DNA of 63,250 nt, the filler included, from Octopus bimaculoides (lineage: Eukaryota), in NCBI RefSeq assembly GCF_001194135.2. It is 5 parts of 5 records of this genome, joined end to end, with 100 filler letters (N's around TTAATTAATTAA, not from the genome) between each part and the next. Parts side by side here need not be neighbours in the genome. Positions count along the whole stretch, not along the records: positions 22,236 to 44,216 come from NC_068998.1; 4 more parts are not named here. One strand, written 5' to 3'. Of the stretch, positions 23,225 to 35,078 are shown one piece after another. How positions within the stretch are numbered: the stretch's first letter is position 1; each line of letters starts with the position of its first letter. The notes under the pieces are model-generated. The model searched no databases. It saw only the letters and a list, made by a program, of their open reading frames with translations, and had not been told where the DNA came from. The translations under genes were made by a program, and so were the position numbers.

Positions 23225-25089
23225 CTGTTTGACAATGATAAAGAGAGTGATTAGCAGGTAATATACAATATAGTACAATATACAATACACATTGAATAAA
23301 ATTTCAATATAAACCTTATAAAAGTTCACGTGGAGAGAAAAATATACATTCACCAAGAAGAATTAAAACGTAAATTGTAAAGACTCGACATAACAGGAGA
23401 TTGTAAGAGAAGAAAATGAGTTTGTATGCATGTGGAGAAATGGGGATATCGTTTACGTTGAGGTTAAAAAACAAGCGTTCAGAGAATGGGTCCCTGTCGT
23501 ATTCCATCAGAGAAATAAACGGTTCTGAAAGGGATGTTCTGGTACACTACGTGCTTTTGACGACCAGAGAGGATGTTTACTTAGTCTTTTAGTCTTTTAC
23601 TTGTTTCAGTCATTTGACTGCGGCCATGTTAGAGCACCGCCTTTAGTCGAGCAAATGCCCGCGTGCTTACATCTCTGTAACTTAGTTTTTGGCAAAAAGA
23701 GACCGATACAATAAAAATCAGATTTAAATGAACGGATAAGTCCTGGGGTCAATTTGTTCGACTAAACCCTCTAAAGTAGAGCGCCAGCACGGCTGTACNN
23801 NNNNNNNNNNNNNNNNNNNNNNNNNNNNNNNNNNNNNNNNNNNNNNNNNNNNNNNNNNNNNNNNNNNNNNNNNNNNNNNNNNNNNNNNNNNNNNNNNNNN
23901 NNNNNNNNNNNNNNNNNNNNNNNNNNNNNNNNNNNNNNNNNNNNNNNNNNNNNNNNNNNNNNNNNNNNNNNNNNNNNNNNNNNNNNNNNNNNNNNNNNNN
24001 NNNNNNNNNNNNNNNNNNNNNNNNNNNNNNNNNNNNNNNNNNNNNNNNNNNNNNNNNNNNNNNNNNNNNNNNNNNNNNNNNNNNNNNNNNNNNNNNNNNN
24101 NNNNNNNNNNNNNNNNNNNNNNNNNNNNNNNNNNNNNNNNNNNNNNNNNNNNNNNNNNNNNNNNNNNNNNNNNNNNNNNNNNNNNNNNNNNNNNNNNNNN
24201 NNNNNNNNNNNNNNNNNNNNNNNNNNNNNNNNNNNNNNNNNNNNNNNNNNNNNNNNNNNNNNNNNNNNNNNNNNNNNNNNNNNNNNNNNNNNNNNNNNNN
24301 NNNNNNNNNNNNNNNNNNNNNNNNNNNNNNNNNNNNNNNNNNNNNNNNNNNNNNNNNNNNNNNNNNNNNNNNNNNNNNNNNNNNNNNNNNNNNNNNNNNN
24401 NNNNNNNNNNNNNNNNNNNNNNNNNNNNNNNNNNNNNNNNNNNNNNNNNNNNNNNNNNNNNNNNNNNNNNNNNNNNNNNNNNNNNNNNNNNNNNNNNNNN
24501 NNNNNNNNNNNNNNNNNNNNNNNNNNNNNNNNNNNGTAAGTTGCAATAGTATTTAAAATTGGTCATTCCTAGCATAGGGTTTGTAAACGGTGCTTTTGAA
24601 TGTAGGGTTTTTTGAAGTATATATATGTATGTATGTACGTATGTATATATGTATGTATGCGCGTACGTATGTATATATGCATACTTACATACACACACAC
24701 ACACATACATACACATGCATATATATATAATGATATAAATAACATATAATATATGCATATATACATACATATATGTGTATACCTACATATATATGTATAT
24801 ATACATGCACATATGGGTACAGGACATCAAAAACGTCAACAAAATGAGAAACGAGAACATAAAAACAAAAACATAGAAAACGAAATTTTTTTCGAACAAC
24901 GAAATAAAATAAATAGAGAAACGAGGCAAGTAAAATAAAAAGAATTCCTTTCATCAGTTGTCCCCTGTTTTATCTACTGGGGTCGATTCATTCGACTAAA
25001 CATTCTTCAAGGCGGTACCCCAGCCTGGCCGCAGTCTAATGATTGAAACAAGTGAAAGAGATATAAATATATACATATATAAAACGTAC

Positions 25090-25153
25090 CTCCATTTTCA
25101 GTAAGAGCAATCACAAACACGAACAAAACTCTAATTGAAATTCGAGCCGTCAT
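25090..25153 (-). CDS. Gene B exon 1, signal peptide (MTARISIRVLFVFVIALTENG)
   Basis: AAT ATG start, hydrophobic core VLFVFVIAL, G|GTACGT phase-1 donor matching exon 2. 64 nt, the same length and phase as gene A exon 1. Confidence 0.8.
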
Positions 25154-25169
25154 ATTTTCAACCGTGAAA

Positions 25170-25232
25170 CACTGGTCTGAAGTTAGCAACTGGTGCTGCT
25201 TTTTAATAGTCCTCTCTCGACCACAAATCAAT
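25170..25232 (-). promoter_or_regulatory. Gene B core promoter: ATTGATT - N11 - GAGGAC - TATTAAAA, Inr-like TCAGAC
   Basis: TATTAAAA starts at 25208, exactly 30 nt upstream of the A of TCAG (25178). Same layout and spacing as 35016-35078. Confidence 0.7.
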
Positions 25233-26349
25233 AGGTGTCTGGCGATTAAGTTTATGAAATGCTTCTTTTCAACAGTTATGTACTTGATGCATTAAGTATT
25301 ACAATTTCAACATTTAAGCGATATAGCTATTCTATTCATTGCTTAAAATTATCGATAATTTTTTTGTTTATATCAATCATTCACCGTAGACAGCTTCTGA
25401 GAAATTTCTTTATACTATGTATTTCAGTGTCTGACGCTTTAGTTTTGGAATAATGCAAAAATAGCAAAATAGTCGTCTGTTTTACATTTTATAGCTCCCA
25501 GTTTGCAAAACATGTACAATACTATAAACAAAATCGATCAATTAGAAATTAACTTTAATGTATTTAATACTGTAATCAACCAGCATGTGATCGTGATGTT
25601 CACGGCTCAAATCTTGACAAACATTTACAAGGATTTGACAGAAGTAATGTATTTACCAGCGTATAAGACGTACTCTCGAGTAAGACGTACACTAATTTAC
25701 CAAGTGTATTTTGTGGAGAAAAACACATTTAGTATGTCTGAGAAAACGCTTATTGAAAGACTGTTTAAAGTTTTTTTTAGGGGAAAATATATTACTGTGT
25801 ATGTAAATATAATATTGTGGACGTACGTTGGAATAAAGAATGAAAGCATAAAAATGGCTACAAATAAACTACGTTACACAAATATCATTTGTCAATTTTA
25901 TCGTCTTTCAGCTGAACTCTATAGTTTTTTTTTTTAATATTTTGGTCAAGGGAATCGCCATACAGGGTATAGAACTCGTACTTAAGGCTTTGTGCTGCAA
26001 CACCGCTATGATTTTTGCTGCCAACCACTGGTAAATAACTGGCAGATGGATGAAAAGTTTATATTCCTTTCAACATTTTAGGAAAATTCTGTTTTATATT
26101 TAAATGATCCAAAAATATTCGTTAAACGTCTCACATTAAATAATGTAAGACATATATCAGGTGTGGGTTAGGTATGCTGGGGGAGGGGGTACAGTGAGAT
26201 GATGTGACTTCCCCACATAACTGCAGATGTGTCATAAACACCTTTTCATGAGTTTGTGGTAACACACAATGATAATCTTGCTGGTTTTCAATAGTTTATT
26301 ATTATTAACAAGTATTGTACGTAGCAGACATATGCTTATTCAGCTCCCT

Positions 26350-26760
26350 AGCTTACAACACTCGGTCTCTTGTCCGTAATACAGCAATTTTACCCAATCC
26401 AGCAGTTCACAATATAAGACTCCTTAAATTAGAAAAACATCGCTGGTTGAAAGAAAGTACCTGTCTACTCTGAGAAAAGATGACCCCCACAAAAAAAAAG
26501 ACCTATTTACCAATGCGAAACTACCAATTGCAAACTCAATTCCAACGCTTAAAAGTGTGGCTGATCTAAGTGCGGAACTTGTGACAACCTTATTTAAGAC
26601 ACAGCATATAAATCATAAGATTAACAATTCATCCTCAGCAAATACGGGATCCCAGGACTAGAAAAACTTACATACAGTGAACATCTGGGCAATGAACGAC
26701 AACCAAATCACCCAAATTTATTGTCTTTACACTCTCTCGATGTACATACAACATCCCAGA
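26350..26760 (+). mobile_element. Probable decayed Penelope-like element remnant
   Basis: Broken frames give DLFTNAKLP followed by CG*SKCGTCDNL, resembling the Cys-rich linker before the GIY-YIG domain. ctctcgatgtacatacaacatccca resembles SLDV..LYTNIP. Heavily frameshifted. Confidence 0.4.
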
Positions 26761-27666
26761 CAAGGAAAAATAAATGAGAAAATTTCATTTATTTAAAAGA
26801 TACACGCCACGATTGAACAGGCTATAAGAAGTCACGATTCGCCTTTGCCAAATATATTATGTAGTTTACTTTGTGCTAGTTTTATGAAACCCCAAATTCA
26901 TGTAGCTACAATCATCTATCTTATTCAAGGTGCCACACAGTGGGACTGAGCCAAACTTCTTACCATAAGGTCACACCTGCGCCTTTTATATATGTATAGC
27001 AGCGTACGTACACTTTGTCTTGTATATGTAAGTATACATTTTTCTAAATCTTGTACGACTCTATTTCTGTCTATCAGCCCTTTCACCCTAATTCGTTCAT
27101 TCCATTCTTCGTTCTTTCGTTCCCCCTCGCTCGCATTTCCCTGCCTTCTCTTCTTGCTCACTTTCTCTCCACTTTTCACTTCACTGTGTCCCTGTCATTT
27201 TTCCTCGCCCCTCCTTAATTCTTTTGTCCATCTGCCTCTACCTCTCTCTCTTCTCTTCCCACGTGATCGACGTTCGACCAAGCCTGATCTTTCTTTCTTG
27301 GTCGGCCGTTGTGCCTGTGAAATCTTGTATCCTTGCCGTAAGGCTTTATTTCCACACACGTCAGCTTAATTTAATTCGTCCTTAGTCGAAAAACACCTGT
27401 TGTTATGTCCTGTTATCATTTTTATTTGTGTAACATTGTTCGTTTTTTTCCCGTCCTTGTTTCTGTATATATTCGCTGCTTTCTTCCAAGGAATTTAATG
27501 CTCTTACCTTAGTTTTTCCTTGGGGCTGGCCAGATTGAAGCAATATCGAGTATAACCATCGTTCTGCAATTCCATGTAGCACGAACTGGCCATACAATTC
27601 GCTCGCTTTTCATATATTTGTGCTCTAATTCTTTATCGTACGTTTGAAATCTTTCACAGTTTCAGT

Positions 27667-27688
27667 AACAACAACAACAACAACAACA

Positions 27689-27742
<54 letters not shown>

Positions 27743-27753
27743 GCTGCTGCTGC
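27667..27753. repeat. Compound trinucleotide microsatellite (AAC)n(TAC)n(TGC)n
   Basis: Directly visible; source of the poly-T/poly-A ORF at 27644. Confidence 0.95.
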
Positions 27754-28161
27754 TTTCTTTTGTGACGGTCAGCGGGTTCTTCGTCAAAATAAGGTTAAAG
27801 TTTCTTATGCATTATGGTGTGAACCAACAGACGGTAGATATTGAGTGTATAGGTATATATATGTATGTATGTATACATACATACATACATACATACATAC
27901 ATACAAAAATACCCTGTTGTTGATGTTGAAATACCAATGAAGGAGCCTTGAATCTAGGTTAGAAACCGACCCTTTCTCTATTGGCAAGAAATCTTGAAAT
28001 AANNNNNNNNNNTATATATATATGTGTGTGTGCGTGTGTGTTTGTGCGTATATTTGTATTTATGAATGGCGAAGGTAATTTCAATATATCCTAAAGTAAT
28101 AAGTTGCCGGTATTATCTATAGAATGTATGTATGTATGTGTGTATGGATGTATGTATTTAT

Positions 28162-28340
<179 letters not shown>

Positions 28341-28710
28341 AAATATATGAGAAAGAGAAAGAAAATTCAATTCATATAATAAAAATCACTACGATCGTTT
28401 CGACCCATCATGCTTCGGTCTGTCGCAGGTGAGACGCTGATAACTGGTGCTGGTCTGTTTACGTTTCCGTGTCTTAAGGGGAACTTCAACCATATATATA
28501 CGTATTTGTATATCAGACAATGTATAAATAAGAGTCACTACATACTGTTTCCTTTATTAGAGCAAATTTAGTTCACATTTGTTTCCTGCAGTCATTATTG
28601 GTACGTTACTCATGGGTTTATTCAATGGCTCTATTAAGCAGTTGAGAAAATTTTAACGACCTAAAAAAAATTAATGCTACTTTCATCAGATCCATTTCTA
28701 TGTGTATATG

Positions 28711-28763
<53 letters not shown>

Positions 28764-28951
28764 TTATAGATAAGTTGGTGCAAACAGGAAAACAGAACTG
28801 AGATTATGAGTGTATGTATATTTTTATTAATATGTAGTAAAAGCAAAAGAGTGACTCAAGGTTCGAGAGCTTCGAGCGTTGGTGCATACATAAGTGACAT
28901 ACATATCTGCATAAGTACCAGCGAACCTTGAGTCACTCAGTTGCTTCTGCA

Positions 28952-28991
<40 letters not shown>

Positions 28992-29469
28992 TTTACACAC
29001 ACACATGCACACACACACGCACACACGATGCATTACGAGTGGTTTCACGAGCAAGCAAGAGACTATTCAATAGATATGTAGAATGGTTATAAATCGTTAG
29101 TAGTTTAACGTTACACTTGGCCCACGACTTTAAGTTTCATGCCGGTGCAGGCAATCGTCAGATGGTAGAATTATTGTCCTATCTAAATGGACGTTTAGTG
29201 CATGTCACCACCGAATACGAACGCTGTTTAATAATCATTATTATATATATGACTAAAAATTGTCGACCATTGTCTGTTTGGACATTTTATTGGCAAACAC
29301 GAAACATTTGTTGACATTTCGTATGACTTCAGAAGAAAGAAAAACAAGACGGAGTAGGTTTAGAATCGAAATTATTAGTTTCGAGAAATGGAGAGCGTTT
29401 ATTTATATGACGCTTCGAATTACTGTCCTTCTTCGGAATAGGGTGAAGTCGAAAAATATCGCTGAGGCA

Positions 29470-29658
29470 TTATATACCAAACAATGTATCGATATCTTTC
29501 ATTAGAGTTTCTCTCGTGTCTTCCCGTAACTGTTTTATGTACTCTTCATTGGGTACATACTTAGCGACGTTGAAGCGGCATCGGATCGCGGCGATGGTTT
29601 GTTCTACGACGAAAAGGCGTAGTGAGTTTCTTAGAACGTCAAATCGGAGCATAAACAC
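29470..29658 (-). CDS. Gene A exon 5, terminal (VFMLRFDVLRNSLRLFVVEQTIAAIRCRFNVAKYVPNEEYIKQLREDTRETLMKDIDTLFGI*)
   Basis: tctctctcaaAG acceptor, phase 0 matching exon 4, TAA at 29472-29470, AATAAA at 29403-29398. Confidence 0.78.
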   Translation of the reverse strand: MFMLRFDVLRNSLRLFVVEQTIAAIRCRFNVAKYVPNEEYIKQLREDTRETLMKDIDTLFGI

Positions 29659-29804
29659 CTTTGAGAGAGAATAAAAGACAGAAGGTATTAAAAGATACTA
29701 ACAATCAACAATGGCTGAAAAAAAAAGGCTATGGAAGCACAGAGATATCAAAATTTCAAGATTATAAGCTACCTAAAAAGGGCTGGAGTTGTTTGTATTA
29801 TTAT

Positions 29805-29887
<83 letters not shown>

Positions 29888-30265
29888 TAGATATAGATAT
29901 ACATATATAGATATAGAGGTGTGTGTGTGTGTATGTGCGTGTGTGCGCGCGTGTGTATGTGTCTGTGCATGTGCTTATGCGTCTGTGTTCACAACTGGCC
30001 CCCGTACCTTAGCAGTTTGGGACACAGAGACGAACAGAACAAGTACCAAGTTTCAAAAGAAGTAGTGGCCGATGTGCTCAACAAAACCCTTGAATGAAGT
30101 GCTGCAGTCCAATGATTGAAGCATATAAAAAATAAAAGATAAAAGATTTGAAATTCCTATGGAAATTGTGTATGCTTAATGGGTGTATTTGAAATTACTG
30201 TAGAAATTATGTTTTAATGTCTAATTTTTAAAGAAATTGCCATTGGACTTTGGAGATATACTTAC

Positions 30266-30478
30266 AGTGAGGTATGGATTCATGATATCAGGAAATCGTA
30301 AAATTGCCAAATCCATCAATGCTTTCCTTTTAATATCACTGCCCAAAAGTGCGTTTTTGATCGTAATTTGTTCCCCTTTTCCGAGATAATAAGCTAAACT
30401 GGTAATATTTATGTTCATCTCACTCAAGATCATGTTCTCTTGTATTAATTCGTCAAACCATAGTTCGGTGAAGAAGAC
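30266..30478 (-). CDS. Gene A exon 4 (VFFTELWFDELIQENMILSEMNINITSLAYYLGKGEQITIKNALLGSDIKRKALMDLAILRFPDIMNPYLT)
   Basis: tttccctctcAG acceptor, ACT|GTAAGT donor, 213 nt; only frame 0 is open. Confidence 0.85.
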
Positions 30479-30521
30479 CTGAGAGGGAAAAACAATGGGA
30501 AAAAATATTTAAGATAAAACA

Positions 30522-30580
<59 letters not shown>

Positions 30581-30581
30581 C

Positions 30582-30613
<32 letters not shown>
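30522..30613. repeat. (CTA)n/(ATA)n microsatellite running into a gap
   Basis: Directly visible. Confidence 0.95.
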
Positions 30614-31706
30614 NNNNNNNNNNNNNNNNNNNNNNNNNNNNNNNNNNNNNNNNNNNNNNNNNNNNNNNNNNNNNNNNNNNNNNNNNNNNNNNNNNNNNNN
30701 NNNNNNNNNNNNNNNNNNNNNNNNNNNNNNNNNNNNNNNNNNNNNNNNNNNNNNNNNNNNNNNNNNNNNNNNNNNNNNNNNNNNNNNNNNNNNNNNNNNN
30801 NNNNNNNNNNNNNNNNNNNNNNNNNNNNNNNNNNNNNNNNNNNNNNNNNNNNNNNNNNNNNNNNNNNNNNNNNNNNNNNNNNNNNNNNNNNNNNNNNNNN
30901 NNNNNNNNNNNNNNNNNNNNNNNNNNNNNNNNNNNNNNNNNNNNNNNNNNNNNNNNNNNNNNNNNNNNNNNNNNNNNNNNNNNNNNNNNNNNNNNNNNNN
31001 NNNNNNNNNNNNNNNNNNNNNNNNNNNNNNNNNNNNNNNNNNNNNNNNNNNNNNNNNNNNNNNNNNNNNNNNNNNNNNNNNNNNNNNNNNNNNNNNNNNN
31101 NNNNNNNNNNNNNNNNNNNNNNNNNNNNNNNNNNNNNNNNNNNNNNNNNNNNNNNNNNNNNNNNNNNNNNNNNNNNNNNNNNNNNNNNNNNNNNNNNNNN
31201 NNNNNNNNNNNNNNNNNNNNNNNNNNNNNNNNNNNNNNNNNNNNNNNNNNNNNNNNNNNNNNNNNNNNNNNNNNNNNNNNNNNNNNNNNNNNNNNNNNNN
31301 NNNNNNNNNNNNNNNNNNNNNNNNNNNNNNNNNNNNNNNNNNNNNNNNNNNNNNNNNNNNNNNNNNNNNNNNNNNNNNNNNNNNNNNNNNNNNNNNNNNN
31401 NNNNNNNNNNNNNNNNNNNNNNNNNNNNNNNNNNNNNNNNNNNNNNNNNNNNNNNNNNNNNNNNCCCTTATCAGACGGGTAGTCATGATGTGTATACTGG
31501 GCTTCATATATTTGTATCCCAGTGTCACTTTGATAGCATGCACTGTTCTCCCACTCAATAATAATAATAATAATAATAATAATAATTCTATAATTTCGAA
31601 TGTATATCTTTTCTTAATTTGAACTCAACAAAGTCAGGCTTGCTGTCGAGATATCGTTCAGCCAATAAAATCTCTATTGCAATCGCATCGCACTCTTCGT
31701 CTTGTC

Positions 31707-31749
<43 letters not shown>

Positions 31750-32260
31750 GTTCAGTAGTTTTATTTTTATAACGTGCTTTCACTTCACTACTGAGCGCAG
31801 CTCTGTGTGCCTTGGGTATGTGCTGTGGTTTGCTGTGATGCTCTTATGGTTACTGTATTGAAAGTGTTTTGCGTAGGATGTGTGCAGTGCCCACATCCTG
31901 GTGTTTTTGTTATGCATCAGACAAATACATAACAAAAACACAAGGACTTACAAATATATATAACATACAGAAAATTGCACTACTGGGCCTAGCCTTTTCT
32001 TGCAATACATACCAACACATATATTAAAAGCAACATTTATTTCCAGGAGCCCTTAAAATATTGCTGTGGATGTTCAATTTACTATTTTGCTACGTGGACC
32101 CCTCCAGCATCTCATGCGGACCTTTGGTGTCAAACTTTTCTTCATACTGCCTGTGCCCTGGTCACAGATATAGTTCCGCTGCAACTGAAATGAAATGGAA
32201 TTATAATCATATTACAGTAAAAACTTAACGTTTCAGAAAGAAATCTAACATTTCATTTAC

Positions 32261-32452
32261 CGTCATATAGTCGACTTCACCGCTGGAAAAATCCAGCAAT
32301 TCCGTTGTCACTCGGGACATCTCATCTTCAGTAAAGTTTGTTCTTTCACCAACCATCTCTAAATATGGTATTCTGTCCAAAGAATCCAAAAGACTCTCCC
32401 AACTTGTTTTATTCAGCTTATTCATTTCACTTATAGCACCAGCAACCATTAT
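32261..32452 (-). CDS. Gene A exon 3 (IMVAGAISEMNKLNKTSWESLLDSLDRIPYLEMVGERTNFTEDEMSRVTTELLDFSSGEVDYMT)
   Basis: gcacAG acceptor, ACG|GTAAAT donor, 192 nt, phase 0/0, consistent with both neighbouring exons. Confidence 0.82.
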
Positions 32453-33525
32453 CTGTGCAGTCAAAATACATTGATAACTAGATAAACATAGATACACAGT
32501 TATACATATACACAACACGCAAGCATTTGATTGTGTGTGCATGTGTGTCTGTGTGTGAGCGTGTGTGTATGTATGTGCGTGTATGTATGTGCGTGTACAT
32601 AGATGCCTCACGCTAAGAGGGACTCGTGAAGTCAAAATTACCATAATAAACACATTTTACCGAACGCGAGGAAATGCAACTTACATAGATATATAGGTAT
32701 AAACAATTTCTATGTACCATGCTGGATACACGTGGTGTTCGTCTGGTATGTTGATTTTTGTTTATTTTTATATATCTTGACTATGCGTGTACTGAAGAGT
32801 AAAAATTGCATCTTGTGCACTGATTACGNNNNNNNNNNNNNNNNNNNNNNNNNNNNNNNNNNNNNNNNNNNNNNNNNNNNNNNNNNNNNNNNNNNNNNNN
32901 NNNNNNNNNNNNNNNNNNNNNNNNNNNNNNNNNNNNNNNNNNNNNNNNNNNNNNNNNNNNNNNNNNNNNNNNNNNNNNNNNNNNNNNNNNNNNNNNNNNN
33001 NNNNNNNNNNNNNNNNNNNNNNNNNNNNNNNNNNNNNNNNNNNNNNNNNNNNNNNNNNNNNNNNNNNNNNNNNNNNNNNNNNNNNNNNNNNNNNNNNNNN
33101 NNNNNNNNNNNNNNNNNNNNNNNNNNNNNNNNNNNNNNNNNNNNNNNNNNNNNNNNNNTATACAATATATATATATATAATATATATATATATATTTATA
33201 TATATTTATATATAGTAACTATAAAATATATTTACATTTTATCCACATCAATTCGTACCCCAAAGTATTCAGTATATTGTAAAACGTAAGAGCAGCTTTC
33301 AACACATCTAAATTTAGATTTACAATCTTTCAGTAACAAATTGACTTAGGTCCGTATCAAAGTTACTTAAATCACTTGAATCCTGCACACCATTTCTTAC
33401 AACCGAACATTCGAAAACTACTTCTGACAAAGGTATCTGTCGATTAACTAACAGATATCAATCAAAACAGGAACGGAATGCAAACGAATGTAGATATACA
33501 ATGTTAATATGACAGTTGAACTTAC

Positions 33526-33710
33526 TTTTAAATTGTTATCGATCATCTTCAAAGATTCGAATTGCAGTGTCCCGAATGTGGCCGCAAGTTCAAACCTGAC
33601 GTCAAATTTGTCGCCAAGTTCCGTTTTTTCTGTAAGTCTTTCAAGGACTTGATCCGGGGTGTTCAGGTGAAGAACTTTGTCCACCGCTTCTTCATCATTT
33701 ATAGTGTGTT
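33526..33710 (-). CDS. Gene A exon 2 (EHTINDEEAVDKVLHLNTPDQVLERLTEKTELGDKFDVRFELAATFGTLQFESLKMIDNNLK)
   Basis: Long pyrimidine tract + caacAG, AAA|GTAAGT donor, 185 nt, phase 1/0; paralog of 23034-23224. Confidence 0.88.
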
Positions 33711-33765
33711 CTGTTGATGTTTGAGAGAAATTATATAAGATAAAGAGAGAGAAAGAGTAAAAGGT

Positions 33766-34190
33766 GATGATGTGGGTATGCTCTCCAGAAATGCAAAAAC
33801 AATCATCGTGTTCGGACTGATAGTGTCCTGGGAGGGCAGGCCCGATATTTCCTACCGGGCCAAAATATTGGAAATACCAGGACTCAGTAAACGAAGCCCT
33901 TATCAAAGGCTGACATGCGACCTCGTACCTCCTTGAAGTCTGGTGCCATGGATTTCCATCAAGCCTCCGTGTGCTAATTGCTGCAGAAGATAGGTCTGGA
34001 ATTCAAACAACTGAAGGAAGCCATTAAAGAAGTAGGTAGGGCAGTTGAAACTAGCTCAAGATAGCTGTGGTTGATAAGAGATCGCAAGTGAACCCCTTCC
34101 GTAGGTGAAGACTAGCTGCCCCACTCAGGCGTACAAGCGAAGGACGAAACGCTTATGACTTTAAGATATTTGCAGGCGACGCAGAAGGGT
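33766..34190 (+). mobile_element. Decayed 3' end of a restriction-like-endonuclease (RLE) non-LTR retrotransposon (HERO/NeSL/R4-like)
   Basis: With two frameshifts: DDVGMLSRNAKTIIVFGLIVSWEG...AKIL/KYQDSVNEALIKG*HATSYLLEVWCHGF/LQKIGLEFKQLKEAIKEVGRAVETSSR*LWLIRDRK*. This parallels the RLE pattern PD..K..I.ELTVPWE..K..KY..GW..EVG.RG..W.W. Both internal stops sit where Trp is expected. Confidence 0.72.
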
Positions 34191-34192
34191 TT

Positions 34193-34193
34193 A

Positions 34194-34260
<67 letters not shown>

Positions 34261-34330
34261 TTGTGTATCCGTGTGTCTGTGTGTCTGTCTGTATGTATGT
34301 ATGTATGTATGTATGTCTGTCTGTCTGTCA
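34193..34330. repeat. (TATC)n/(TATG)n/(TCTG)n microsatellite
   Basis: Directly visible, immediately 3' of the RLE element. Confidence 0.92.
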
Positions 34331-34354
34331 ATGTTTACTTACTATAGTATGCAG

Positions 34355-34721
34355 ACTTTTTCGATGGCACACAGGTATCAATTAATGGTTGAATGTCCAA
34401 ATCCAAGCTTCTCTGCTTGTTCCTCAAAGTTACGATGGAATTTTGTTCCACCAGGATATGCAGGACGTCCTCGTCGAGCTCTACTGATATTCCAGGACCA
34501 GACTCGTCTTCTAGGCTGTAGTTCCCGGCTCGGAACTTCTGGAACCACCGTTGACACTGGCTTACGATTATTGACCGATCCCCATAGACTGCATTAACAT
34601 TTCTCGCACTTTCCGTTGCCTTATTGCCTTTATTGAACTCATAAAGCAAAATATGCCGAATATGATACTTTGTCACTTCCGCTATAGCTTTGAAATCATA
34701 ACTATTAAAATTGAACTGCAC
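34355..34721 (-). mobile_element. Mariner transposase N-terminal fragment (pseudogenised)
   Basis: HIRHILLYEFNKGNKATESARNVNAVYGD...CQRWFQKFRAGNYSLEDE is the Mos1/SETMAR-type HTH region. After a frameshift it continues EEQAEKLGFGHSTIN*. No catalytic domain. Confidence 0.88.
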
Positions 34722-34862
34722 TCTTCAAAACTTGCACTAAGAATAAGTACAAGGTAAAATTACTACCTGGTTTTATAGCAAGTTGATGCAGGTAGTTTAT
34801 CCCGCCCCTCTGACTTTTAGTTCAAGCAATTGAAAAACCCGCATTATTCATGGGATTACCCA

Positions 34863-34893
<31 letters not shown>

Positions 34894-34936
34894 TGTATGT
34901 ACGCTTGTATCTAAATATGTATACATAAAGACATAC

Positions 34937-35000
34937 CTGTTTTTTTTGTAATTACAACCGAAAACGTGAAGCAAAATATAAGCAAAAGTTGATTCACCAT
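34937..35000 (-). CDS. Gene A exon 1, signal peptide (MVNQLLLIFCFTFSVVITKKT)
   Basis: GCC ATG G start, hydrophobic core LLLIFCFTFSVVI, strong CAG|GTATGT phase-1 donor, 64 nt, in frame with exon 2. Confidence 0.83.
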
Positions 35001-35015
35001 GGCTTCAAAAACGAA

Positions 35016-35078
35016 AACTGATCTGAAGCTATCTGTTCGTGGCTCCTTTTAATAATCCTCACACAGCATTCAATCAAT
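35016..35078 (-). promoter_or_regulatory. Gene A core promoter: ATTGATT - N11 - GAGGAT - TATTAAAA, Inr-like TCAGATCAGTT
   Basis: TATTAAAA starts at 35054, 30 nt upstream of the A of TCAG (35024). Alignable to the gene B promoter. Confidence 0.7.

Noticed and set aside
23354-23524. Candidate extra exon EPFISLMEYDRDPFSERLFF...VLILL (phase 1/1) just upstream of gene B exon 2
   Set aside because: Gene A has no counterpart. Direct splicing of the signal exon to exon 2 gives a clean ...ENGVKG-VSKTDEE start that parallels gene A. It remains possible only as a minor alternative exon.
33929-34010. Apparent minus-strand exon LFEFQTYLLQQLAHGGLMEIHGTRLQG with a phase-1 donor
   Set aside because: It is the antisense of the RLE retrotransposon relic; the better upstream exon is 34937-35000.
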